Source of the DNA: Verrucomicrobia subdivision 3 bacterium UBA3939 | GTDB lineage: Bacteria > Verrucomicrobiota > Verrucomicrobiia > Limisphaerales > UBA3939 | Length of the DNA: 64,000 nt | Reading direction: 5' to 3' | NCBI GenBank assembly: GCA_002385705.1 | Contig: DGDZ01000017.1 | Span: 19,799-83,798, forward strand | In this document: positions 56,455 through 64,000 of the stretch, piece by piece | How positions within the stretch are numbered: the stretch's first letter is position 1 | How the letters are laid out: every line of letters begins with the position of its first letter | Translations under genes and position numbers: made by a program | The notes under the pieces: model-generated | Told to the model about the DNA's origin: nothing | Seen by the model: only the letters and a program-made list of their open reading frames with translations | Database searches by the model: none

Positions 56455-58431
56455 ATGCCGTCCGACGTGAACCTGCTCGATATCGTCCTCGTCCTTCTCT
56501 ACGTCTTTGCCACGGCCTTCCTGGGGTATCTCGGCTATCGCGGGACGCGGACCGCGACGGACTATCTGGTCGCCGGGCGCAAGGCGCATCCGTTCGTCAT
56601 GTCGCTCAGCTACGGAGCGACCTTTATTTCCACGAGCGCGATTGTGGGATTTGGCGGTGTGGCGGGCATGTTCGGGCTGAGTCTTCTCTGGCTGACGTTC
56701 TGCAACATCTTCATCGGCGTCTTCATCGCCTTCATTTTTCTGGGCGAACCGACGCGGCGGCTGGGGCATCGGCTGGACGCGCACACGTTTCCCGAGCTGC
56801 TGGGCCGGCGCTTCGAGAGCCGGTTCGTTCAAGTGTTCGCCGGACTCATCATCGCGCTGTTGGTGCCCCTTTACGGCGCGGCTGTGCTGATCGGCGGAAC
56901 GGAGTTCCTGTCCACAGCCCTGGGCATGCCTTACAACACAGCGCTGCTGGTCCTCGCCGTCCTGGTCGCCGCCTATGTTTTTTTCGGCGGACTCAAGGGT
57001 GTCATGTACACCGATGCGCTGCAGGGTGTCGTCATGTTCGTCGGGATGGCGATTCTCGTCATCTTCACCTACTCGAGCACCGGCGGCATTTCGGAAGGGC
57101 ACCGCCAACTGGGCGAATTGAAAGACCTCGCGCCGGCGTCGCTGACGAGTATCGGGCACCGGGGCTGGACGGCCATGCCGGAATTCGGCTTTGGCGACAC
57201 GCGCTACAATCTCTGGTGGATCATCGTCTCGACCGTGGTGATGGGCGTGGGCATTGGCGTGCTGGCACAGCCGCAACTGGCCGTGCGCTTCATGACCGTG
57301 AGGAGCAAGCGCGAGCTGAACCGCGCGGTGGGAATCGGCGGCGTGTTCATTCTCGCCGTGATCGGCGTGGCCTACGTCACCGGCGCGCTCTCCAACGTCT
57401 TCTTCACCACACATGGACCCCCGTTCCAGGGGCGCATCATTCAGACCGTCGATGCTGACAAAGGCCACGTTCTCCTGCAGGTCATGAAACAGGATCAGGA
57501 CGGCGCGTGGATGGACGTCGTCAAAGAAACGAACCGCGACGGGAAAGCTTTGCCGGACACCACACAGCCTGTGCGCCTGGATGATCAGGGCAAATGGCTG
57601 CCCGTGATGAAGGGCACCAACGCGAACGGAACTGTGCGCGAAGGCGTCATCATCCCTGCCGTGCTGGACCGCGACAACCCGTTCGTCTTCACCGAGGCAA
57701 CCGGCAACCGTGTGGCGCAAGGGCGCAGCCTCTCGATCGTCTACGCGAAAGGCGCGTCGGATCAGATCATGCCCACTTACATCAGCATGGCGATGCCAAA
57801 ATGGTTCGAACTGGTGTTTCTGTTGACACTGCTGTCGGCGGCCATGAGCACGCTCTCGAGCCAGTTCCACACACTGGGCACGGCGGCGGGACGGGACCTG
57901 TTCGAATCGCTCTCAGGCTTCGGCTCCGGCCAAAGATCCAGACGCACTATTTACATCGTGCGCAGCGCGATCTTCGTGGGGCTGATCGTGGCGGTGGCTC
58001 TGGGTTACTACGCCAGGAAAGAGCAGGCGTTCGTCAGCTTCATCATGCGGGCCACGGCGATCTTCTTCGGCGTCTGCGCAGCCACCTTCCTTCCGGCTTT
58101 CATCGGCGGGATCTGCACGCGCGCCATGACCCGCGCCGCAGCCATTGCTTCCATGATCGCCGGGTTCCTCGTCTCGGCCGCATGGCTCCTGCTGGTCAAA
58201 GTGCCTGAATGCACCGTGATCGGCCTGGTGCAGGACAGCCTGCTGGCGCACAAGCCGAACTGGCCGGTCGTGGATCCCCTGTTCATCGCCCTGCCCGTCT
58301 CGACCCTGACCGCCGTGCTGGTCAGCGCGTTCACCCGCAAGTCCAGCCGCGCTCATCTTGAACGCTGCTTCGGCACACCGCCTCACGCAGCGCCCCGGCG
58401 AGAACCCATCCCCGAACTGGTTCAACCCTGA
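56455..58431 (+). CDS. Sodium:solute symporter (SSS) family transporter with an extended soluble loop
   Basis: DYLVAGRK..., GATFISTSAIVGFGG, YTDALQG, and LLSAAMSTLSSQ. It is multi-TM and 658 aa, with residues ~320-435 forming a hydrophilic insert. Confidence 0.9.
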   Translation: MPSDVNLLDIVLVLLYVFATAFLGYLGYRGTRTATDYLVAGRKAHPFVMSLSYGATFISTSAIVGFGGVAGMFGLSLLWLTFCNIFIGVFIAFIFLGEPTRRLGHRLDAHTFPELLGRRFESRFVQVFAGLIIALLVPLYGAAVLIGGTEFLSTALGMPYNTALLVLAVLVAAYVFFGGLKGVMYTDALQGVVMFVGMAILVIFTYSSTGGISEGHRQLGELKDLAPASLTSIGHRGWTAMPEFGFGDTRYNLWWIIVSTVVMGVGIGVLAQPQLAVRFMTVRSKRELNRAVGIGGVFILAVIGVAYVTGALSNVFFTTHGPPFQGRIIQTVDADKGHVLLQVMKQDQDGAWMDVVKETNRDGKALPDTTQPVRLDDQGKWLPVMKGTNANGTVREGVIIPAVLDRDNPFVFTEATGNRVAQGRSLSIVYAKGASDQIMPTYISMAMPKWFELVFLLTLLSAAMSTLSSQFHTLGTAAGRDLFESLSGFGSGQRSRRTIYIVRSAIFVGLIVAVALGYYARKEQAFVSFIMRATAIFFGVCAATFLPAFIGGICTRAMTRAAAIASMIAGFLVSAAWLLLVKVPECTVIGLVQDSLLAHKPNWPVVDPLFIALPVSTLTAVLVSAFTRKSSRAHLERCFGTPPHAAPRREPIPELVQP

Positions 58432-58434
58432 CAC

Positions 58435-59901
58435 ATGAACAGCTCCACTCTGATCGTCGCAGCGCTTGCAGTCATCTCGGTCCTGAACGCCCGGGGCCAG
58501 GACGCTGCTTCGACGTCCACCACGCCTGTGCAGGGCGTCTCCTGGAACGAGCGGATGCAGCAGTGGCGTCACCCGGTGGATTGGCTCACATGGGGGGGCG
58601 ACCTGCGCCTGCGAAACGAGTATTTCGACAACGCCCTTTCGCTCGGCGACGCCTCTCCGCTGCATGAACAGGATTACTTCAGGTATCGCGCCCGCATCTG
58701 GGCCTCTCTCCAGCCATGGACCAACCTGTCGATCAACGCGCGCGCTTCAGCCGAACCGCGCACATGGATGAAGCCCAGCTACTCCTCCGCGTTCGGCAAC
58801 GGCAGTGGCACCGAATGGCGCTACGGAATCGTGGACAATCTTAACGTCCAATGGGCCAACGCGCTCGATCTGCCCCTGACCGTGACCGTCGGCAGGCAGG
58901 ACATTCAGTTTGGCGAAACGCTCAACTGGTGGCTCGTGGCCGACGGCACGCCAGGCGACGGATCCTGGACGTTCTTCCTCGACAGCGCCCGCATGACTTA
59001 CCACGCCACAAACATCAACACCCGGTTCGACCTGGTTTACATCCATCAAATGGCGCATCCGGACGAATGGCTGCCCACGCTCGACAATCCGAGTTCTCGC
59101 GGGACGGATTACGGATTGACCGAGCAGAACGAGCAGGGAGTCATCGCATACATCGCCAACCAGTCGTTGAAGGGCGCGAATGTCGATGCCTACTACATCT
59201 ACAAACGCAATGACCGGGAGAGCTTCCGCCGGAATGGCGTCGCCGCGTTGACGGGCGACAATGCGGACATCCATACGCTGGGCGCCCGCGTTCACGGCCG
59301 GTTCAAAGAACACTGGCTCTACTCGGTTGAAGGTGCTTACCAGTTTGGCAACCGCGAAGATCTCGTCAGCGGAGTTTTCACCGAGCGCGACCTTCGTGCC
59401 TACGGCGCCAATGCGAAGCTCACGTATCGATTCAAGGACAGGTTCGACAGCCAGGCGTGCCTCGTCGGCGAGTTCCTGTCCGGCGACGATCCCGACACTG
59501 CGGGGACGGACGAGATGTTCGACGTGCTCTGGGGCCGCTGGCCCCGATGGAGCGAGCTCTATATCTACTCTTACGTGAATGAAAGCCGGAAGATCGCGCA
59601 ACTCAACAACATCGCCCGGCTCGGCGCAACCTGGAGTCTGCATCCCATCCCCGACATGACCGTGTCGGCGGCGTATAACGCCTGGTTCGCTCCGGAATCC
59701 GTGCCCACCCGCGCAGCCAGCAACGCGTTGTTCACCGGGGACGGTCACTTTCGAGGGCATTACTTGCAGGCCATTGTGAAACACCAGTTCCACAAACAGG
59801 TGAGCGCGCATCTCTGGACCGAGTTCATCTGGCAGGGCGATTACTACGCGCAACGGGATCTCATGACCTTTCTCAGGATGGAGATCCAGCTTGCCTTCTG
59901 A
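58435..59901 (+). CDS. Outer-membrane beta-barrel, alginate-export (AlgE-like) family
   Basis: Signal peptide, WGGDLRLRNEYFDNA, TVGRQDIQFGE, alternating beta-strand pattern and a terminal ...EIQLAF. It begins 3 nt after the SSS gene. Confidence 0.65.
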   Translation: MNSSTLIVAALAVISVLNARGQDAASTSTTPVQGVSWNERMQQWRHPVDWLTWGGDLRLRNEYFDNALSLGDASPLHEQDYFRYRARIWASLQPWTNLSINARASAEPRTWMKPSYSSAFGNGSGTEWRYGIVDNLNVQWANALDLPLTVTVGRQDIQFGETLNWWLVADGTPGDGSWTFFLDSARMTYHATNINTRFDLVYIHQMAHPDEWLPTLDNPSSRGTDYGLTEQNEQGVIAYIANQSLKGANVDAYYIYKRNDRESFRRNGVAALTGDNADIHTLGARVHGRFKEHWLYSVEGAYQFGNREDLVSGVFTERDLRAYGANAKLTYRFKDRFDSQACLVGEFLSGDDPDTAGTDEMFDVLWGRWPRWSELYIYSYVNESRKIAQLNNIARLGATWSLHPIPDMTVSAAYNAWFAPESVPTRAASNALFTGDGHFRGHYLQAIVKHQFHKQVSAHLWTEFIWQGDYYAQRDLMTFLRMEIQLAF

Positions 59902-59916
59902 CGGAGTGTGAAAGTC

Positions 59917-61209
59917 ATGTACTGGCAGGAAGAAATCGAAACACTGAATCGGGCGCAGCTTGAAGCATTGCAGTTGAAACGCCTGCAAGAGACAGTCGCG
60001 CGCGTCGCGGCCTGCGTCCCGCATTATCAACAGGAGTTCGCCAGGCGATCCTTCCGGCCCGACGCCCTCCGGTCGCTCAGCGACGTGCGGCGCCTGCCGT
60101 TCACCACGAGCGCCGATCTGCGCGCCGCCTACCCGGCCGGACTGCTCGCAGTGCCGCTCGACAACACGCTCCGGCTCCACACCTCCAGCGGCACCACCGG
60201 TAAACCCAAGGCCATTTTCTTCTCACGCCAGGACATCGAGAACGCAGCCGAGTTGTGCGCCCGATCCTTCGTTATGACCGGGGTCACCAGACAGGATGTC
60301 TTCCAAAACATGATGACCTACGGTCTGTTCACAGGGGCGCTCATGACGCACTACGGCGCCGAGAAGGTCGGTTGCCTTGTCATCCCTGCCGGGCCCGGCA
60401 ACTCCGAGCGGCAGCTCATGTTGATGAAGGACTTCCGAACCACCGTCGTTCACGTCACTCCCAGCTACGCTCTGTACTTCGCCGATTTTCTTGAAAAGAA
60501 AGGCATCGAACCCCGCCGCGATCTTGCGCTGCGCCGTGCTTTCGTCGGCGCCGAGCCTTACACCGAGGAAACGCGCCTCAAGATCGAGGAAGGCCTGCAA
60601 CTGTCGGTTTTCAACTCCTACGGCCTCTCCGAAATGAACGGCCCCGGCATTGCCTTCGAATGCGAACAGCGCCAGGGCATGCATGTCTGGGAAGACCATT
60701 TTCTGATCGAAATCATCGATCCCGCAACGGGCGAGCCGTTGCCCGACGGCGAAACAGGCGAACTGGTAATGACCACCCTCTGCCGCGAGGCAATGCCGCT
60801 GCTCCGCTATCGAACCCGCGACATCACCTCCGTCATCCCCGAACCCTGCGCCTGCGGGCGCACCCACCGCCGGCTCAACCGCATCAAGGGCCGTTCCGAC
60901 GACATGTTGATCGTGCGCGGCGTGAATATCTATCCGCAGCAGATTGAGCGCGTCCTCATGTCCATCCGCGGCATCGGGCGCAATTACCTGATCCGGCTCG
61001 ACGGCCTGGACGAAATGACCGTCCAGGTCGAACTCGCGGCTGGCGGCTTCAACGGCGAGTTCGAGCAATTGATGTCTCTCCAAACGAGAATCGCCGAGCG
61101 TCTCCGGGCCGAAATCCTCATCAAACCCCGGGTCGAACTCGTCCAACCCGCAACACTCCCGGTCGCCGAAGGCAAAGCCAAACGCGTCGTTGACAATCGC
61201 CGCCTCTGA
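59917..61209 (+). CDS. Phenylacetate--CoA ligase family (PaaK-like adenylate-forming enzyme)
   Basis: MYWQEEIETLNRAQLEALQLKRLQETV..., LHTSSGTTGKPK, YGLSEMNGPG, DMLIVRGVNIYPQQIE. The track start at 59908 is GTG; I use the ATG at 59917. Confidence 0.85.
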   Translation: MYWQEEIETLNRAQLEALQLKRLQETVARVAACVPHYQQEFARRSFRPDALRSLSDVRRLPFTTSADLRAAYPAGLLAVPLDNTLRLHTSSGTTGKPKAIFFSRQDIENAAELCARSFVMTGVTRQDVFQNMMTYGLFTGALMTHYGAEKVGCLVIPAGPGNSERQLMLMKDFRTTVVHVTPSYALYFADFLEKKGIEPRRDLALRRAFVGAEPYTEETRLKIEEGLQLSVFNSYGLSEMNGPGIAFECEQRQGMHVWEDHFLIEIIDPATGEPLPDGETGELVMTTLCREAMPLLRYRTRDITSVIPEPCACGRTHRRLNRIKGRSDDMLIVRGVNIYPQQIERVLMSIRGIGRNYLIRLDGLDEMTVQVELAAGGFNGEFEQLMSLQTRIAERLRAEILIKPRVELVQPATLPVAEGKAKRVVDNRRL

Positions 61210-61320
61210 TCCTCTGGCGACAGAAGACAGGGGCAACATCTATCCAACACGGACCGTCCAGGACGAATCGATGCAAGTCTTTGCTGGGGCCAATACCTGC
61301 TCCGCCTGTTCTGCTTCACT

Positions 61321-62445
61321 TCAGTCCAGGGCGACCTTCCAGTATCCTGCAATTGCTCTTAATTCATCGGTGGTGAGGTAAGTGACGGCGCCGTGCTTCG
61401 GGCGGTTGAAGTTCCTGCCTTTCATCACGCCTTCGTTGAAACGGCCAATGTCTTTGAAGGTGACGAAGTCGCTGGTTTCACTGAACCCCATGTTGTTGGG
61501 ACGGGCGCCGTAAACATCGTACATCAGCACCCACCGATCCGTGCCGAGTCGCTTGAAGAGATTCGGCGCTTCGGTGGGCACGGTGTTTGGATCAATGCGC
61601 CGTTCCTCGGCCTGGTATCCTTCGTTGATTTTGTCAGAGACGGCGTGCCGAATTTTAGCGTCGGCGACGTAGAAAAGATGGAACTTGTCTCCCACTCGGG
61701 TGATGTCGCCGTCAATGCCGTTGATATTCGGGATTTTTTTGGGCGTCGTTTCGAGCCGGGTGAAAGCGTCGTCGGTGTAAGACCAGTAAAGGTTCGCCGT
61801 CCTGTTGTTATAGCGGATCGTGAAATAAACCATCATGCGACCCGCCTGTTCGTCGTACACAGTCTCCGGCGCCCACGCGCAATCGATGTCTCCCAGCTCG
61901 GGAAACGCCTTGTCCACTCGAATATTCGCGTGGGTCCAGTGGATCAGATCAAAGGATTTCATGAGCACAATCGCGCGGTTGTTTCCCCAGCCGTAGCGTT
62001 CCTCCGGCCGCTCCCATCGGTTCGTCCGGAATCCGGCCCGTTGACCGGCGATGTGCAAATCCGTCATCGCGAGATAAAAACCACCGTCGGGTCCGCGCGT
62101 AATATGCGGATCGCGAACGCCCTTCTGCTCGGCAAGAAGTTTGCCGTCGAAAATCGGCTTGCCGCCGTTGAGGTCGATAAAATTGTAGCCGTCCTTGCTG
62201 ACCGCGAAGTACGCACAATGCGTCTCGTCTTTGAAATAGACCATCAGGTAGCCGCCGAAATCCTTTTCCTCGAGGCGACGGGCGGTTTTTGGCTTTTCGA
62301 GCGTAGGGACGATTTGAATTCCTGGCGGAGGGGAATCAGCGGAGTCGAGCGATTCGGCAGCCCGCCCGGGTTGCGGATTGCAGAGAGACGTCAGCAGGAC
62401 TCCAAAGCAGACTGGAAGATGGTGAAGAGATTTGATTCTGCTCAT
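61321..62445 (-). CDS. Glycoside hydrolase family 43-like secreted protein
   Basis: I place the start at ATG 62445 (MSRIKSLHHLPVCFGVLLTSLC, a signal peptide). VRDPHITRGPDGGFYLAMTD, CAWAPE, and EAPNLFK are five-bladed-propeller GH43 motifs. The upstream part of the 636-aa track ORF is Arg-rich and overlaps a repeat. Confidence 0.8.
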   Translation of the reverse strand: MSRIKSLHHLPVCFGVLLTSLCNPQPGRAAESLDSADSPPPGIQIVPTLEKPKTARRLEEKDFGGYLMVYFKDETHCAYFAVSKDGYNFIDLNGGKPIFDGKLLAEQKGVRDPHITRGPDGGFYLAMTDLHIAGQRAGFRTNRWERPEERYGWGNNRAIVLMKSFDLIHWTHANIRVDKAFPELGDIDCAWAPETVYDEQAGRMMVYFTIRYNNRTANLYWSYTDDAFTRLETTPKKIPNINGIDGDITRVGDKFHLFYVADAKIRHAVSDKINEGYQAEERRIDPNTVPTEAPNLFKRLGTDRWVLMYDVYGARPNNMGFSETSDFVTFKDIGRFNEGVMKGRNFNRPKHGAVTYLTTDELRAIAGYWKVALD

Positions 62446-62676
62446 GCCAGATAGAACGATGCAAAGACTGTAAACACGACGCAAATCTTTTGTCCGGCAG
62501 ATGTTGATGGGTATCACGTGACCACCCGGGGAAACGAACGCGAACGCATTTGCCGGGATGACTGTGATCGGAAGTGTTTCCTTGATCTGATCCAGGTGTT
62601 GTGCTTTCGGGTGCTTCAAGGCGCGTCGTGCTGAAGACTCACGAGAATCCTGGCGCGCCTGATTTGTCGGACGATG

Positions 62677-62725
62677 AAGCGGCGTGAACGCCGCGCTCCC
62701 GCTCGAGGCGCGACCTTCAGGTCGC
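62677..62725 (+). repeat. Hairpin repeat modules shared with the 9.8 kb locus
   Basis: aagcggcgtgaacgccgcgctcccgc is followed by ggcgcgaccttcaggtcgc, whose 19 nt are identical to 9800-9818. The hairpins are gcggcg-tgaa-cgccgc and gcgacc-ttca-ggtcgc. Confidence 0.75.
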
Positions 62726-62823
62726 TTCAACTCACGAACGCAAACAACCCTCGAAACAGTCGGCGAGCTTGCCTGCGATCGTCCAGCGTTGACGAACCGG
62801 GCGCAGCTCGTCACAGTGCGCGC

Positions 62824-63777
62824 GTGATAACTCCGCTGTTCCTTTGCAGGTCCTTTTCCGTGGTCGTTTTGCTTGGCGTTGTCGCAATGCCTTCCGCGTT
62901 GCGGGCGGAGTGGGAGCGGGACGCCCACTCGATCACATGGCGGTCCGGGACGAACATTGTGTGGAGATTCTGTTATGACACGAACCGGGCCAAACCGTTC
63001 TTTCATCCGCTCGCGGGAGCGGATGGAGTCGCGCTGACGGAAGCGCAGCCTGCGGATCACCCGTGGCATCACGGGTTGTGGTTCTCGTGGAAGTACGTGA
63101 ACCGTGCGAATTACTGGGAGGAAGACCGCAACACCGGCCGGGCGCAGGGCCGGACCGTCTGGAGCACGCCGGAAATTGAATCGCAACCCGACGGGCGCGC
63201 GATCATTCGAATGGACCTCAGCTATATCCATCCTTCGGGCCGCGTGGATCTGACCGAGCGGCGCGAGTTGACGATCTCGAGTCCGGACCGGAGCGGCGGG
63301 TTCACGATCGATTGGACGGCGCGCTTCACTGCGGGGAAGGAGGGGGCGGTGTTGGATCGCACGCCGATGCCGGGTGAGCCGAACGGGCAGGTGAACGGCG
63401 GCTATGCGGGGCTGGGATTGCGGCTGTCGTCGCTTCCCTTTCAGATCTCGATTGTGTGCAGCACGGGCGCGGTCACACGATTCGAGAGTGACCGCGCGCG
63501 TCCGTTCGCGCCGGCGCTGGCGTGCAATCTGTCCGACGGCTCGAGAGCGCTGGGCGGCATTGCCATCTTCAGTGATCCGTCCAACGCGGGATTGGATGCT
63601 CCGTGGTACGTCGCGAATTCGCCGAAGATGCGCTTCCTTTGCGCGGCGATTCTCGCTCCGCGGATTCGAGAGCTGCCGCCGGGCGGGACAATGGATTTGC
63701 GTTATCGGATTGGCGTGCGCCCGGAAGCCTGGACAGTGGACGCGTTAAGGGCGGCACAGGACGAGTGGCTTCACTGA
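62824..63777 (+). CDS. PmoA-like DUF6807 family protein
   Basis: KPFFHPLAGADGVALTEAQPADHPWHHGLWFSWKYVNRANYWEE and NGGYAGLGLRL. I chose the GTG at 62824, which gives a signal peptide; ATG 62887 is an alternative. The track start at 62674 lies inside the repeat. Confidence 0.7.
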   Translation: MITPLFLCRSFSVVVLLGVVAMPSALRAEWERDAHSITWRSGTNIVWRFCYDTNRAKPFFHPLAGADGVALTEAQPADHPWHHGLWFSWKYVNRANYWEEDRNTGRAQGRTVWSTPEIESQPDGRAIIRMDLSYIHPSGRVDLTERRELTISSPDRSGGFTIDWTARFTAGKEGAVLDRTPMPGEPNGQVNGGYAGLGLRLSSLPFQISIVCSTGAVTRFESDRARPFAPALACNLSDGSRALGGIAIFSDPSNAGLDAPWYVANSPKMRFLCAAILAPRIRELPPGGTMDLRYRIGVRPEAWTVDALRAAQDEWLH

Positions 63778-63798
63778 ACGCCGCGCGCAACCGGCGGA

Positions 63799-64000
63799 TC
63801 ACTCCGCGTCCAGGTAGAGCCGGGCGACGGGCAATTCGGGCGCGGAAACGATCACCTGAATTTTCCCTGCGCGCTTCGAACTCTGGACCAGGGCCAGTGC
63901 CCGGCCGTGGTTGAGTTTGCGGGAAGAACTGCGCAGAGGCGTCATGTCCCTTTGATCGCCGTTATCGACGCCCAGCAGGCGGCCCTCGCCGACGACGCGC
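63799..64000 (-). CDS. C-terminal end of a second GH2-like glycosidase; 5' part lies outside the window
   Basis: Hand translation of the reverse strand gives ...VDNGDQRDMTPLRSSSRKLNHGRALALVQSSKRAGKIQVIVSAPELPVARLYLDAE*. This parallels the C-terminus of the GH2 at 53614-56055 (...HGRALAILRPKGESGRITLKAEADGL...). Confidence 0.5.
   Translation of the reverse strand, partial: RVVGEGRLLGVDNGDQRDMTPLRSSSRKLNHGRALALVQSSKRAGKIQVIVSAPELPVARLYLDAE

Noticed and set aside
62446-63231. N-terminal 262 residues of the 636-aa GH43 track ORF, and the 62674 start of the PmoA-like ORF.
   Set aside because: Both extensions are Arg-rich, overlap each other on opposite strands and run through the hairpin repeat at 62677-62725. 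Internal starts give proper signal peptides.

Overview
High-GC, gene-dense bacterial chromosomal window with about 50 protein genes and one tRNA. I saw no rRNA, CRISPR array, transposase or integrase. The gene content suggests a Verrucomicrobiota/Planctomycetota-like organism, but that is inference only. The supporting genes are a cytochrome-c DUF1592 / Tat-signal DUF1552 pair, an SBBP beta-propeller protein, a PmoA-like DUF6807 protein, GH2/GH43 glycosidases, and CusF-Sco and M1-peptidase-HEAT fusions. Confident housekeeping genes: ribBA-ribH-asnS, dnaB-bamA-(SBBP)-skp, ruvC-ruvA, priA, clpP-clpX, pncB, rtcB, two hsp20 paralogs and tRNA-Arg(CCT). Most other long ORFs in the six-frame track are Arg/Pro/Gly-rich antisense shadows of these genes. 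Six gene pairs share 4-nt ATGA/GTGA stop-start overlaps, and I used these to fix start codons. The candidates most worth follow-up are listed here. (1) A 722-aa fusion of a DUF455 ferritin-like di-iron domain to an ATP-grasp ligase, lying 10 nt downstream of a tRNA and GTGA-coupled to chrA. (2) An ExuT-like MFS transporter with a complete DUF805 four-helix membrane domain inserted in its central loop. (3) A family of modular GC-rich hairpin repeats at four or more intergenic loci, including a roughly 570-bp giant imperfect palindrome. (4) An AT-rich island carrying a duplicated 32-nt unit with a perfect 22-bp palindrome. (5) An operon joining a small accessory protein, an SSS symporter, an alginate-export-type outer-membrane barrel and a PaaK-like CoA ligase. 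All functional calls come from motif recognition by eye; no database search was run.
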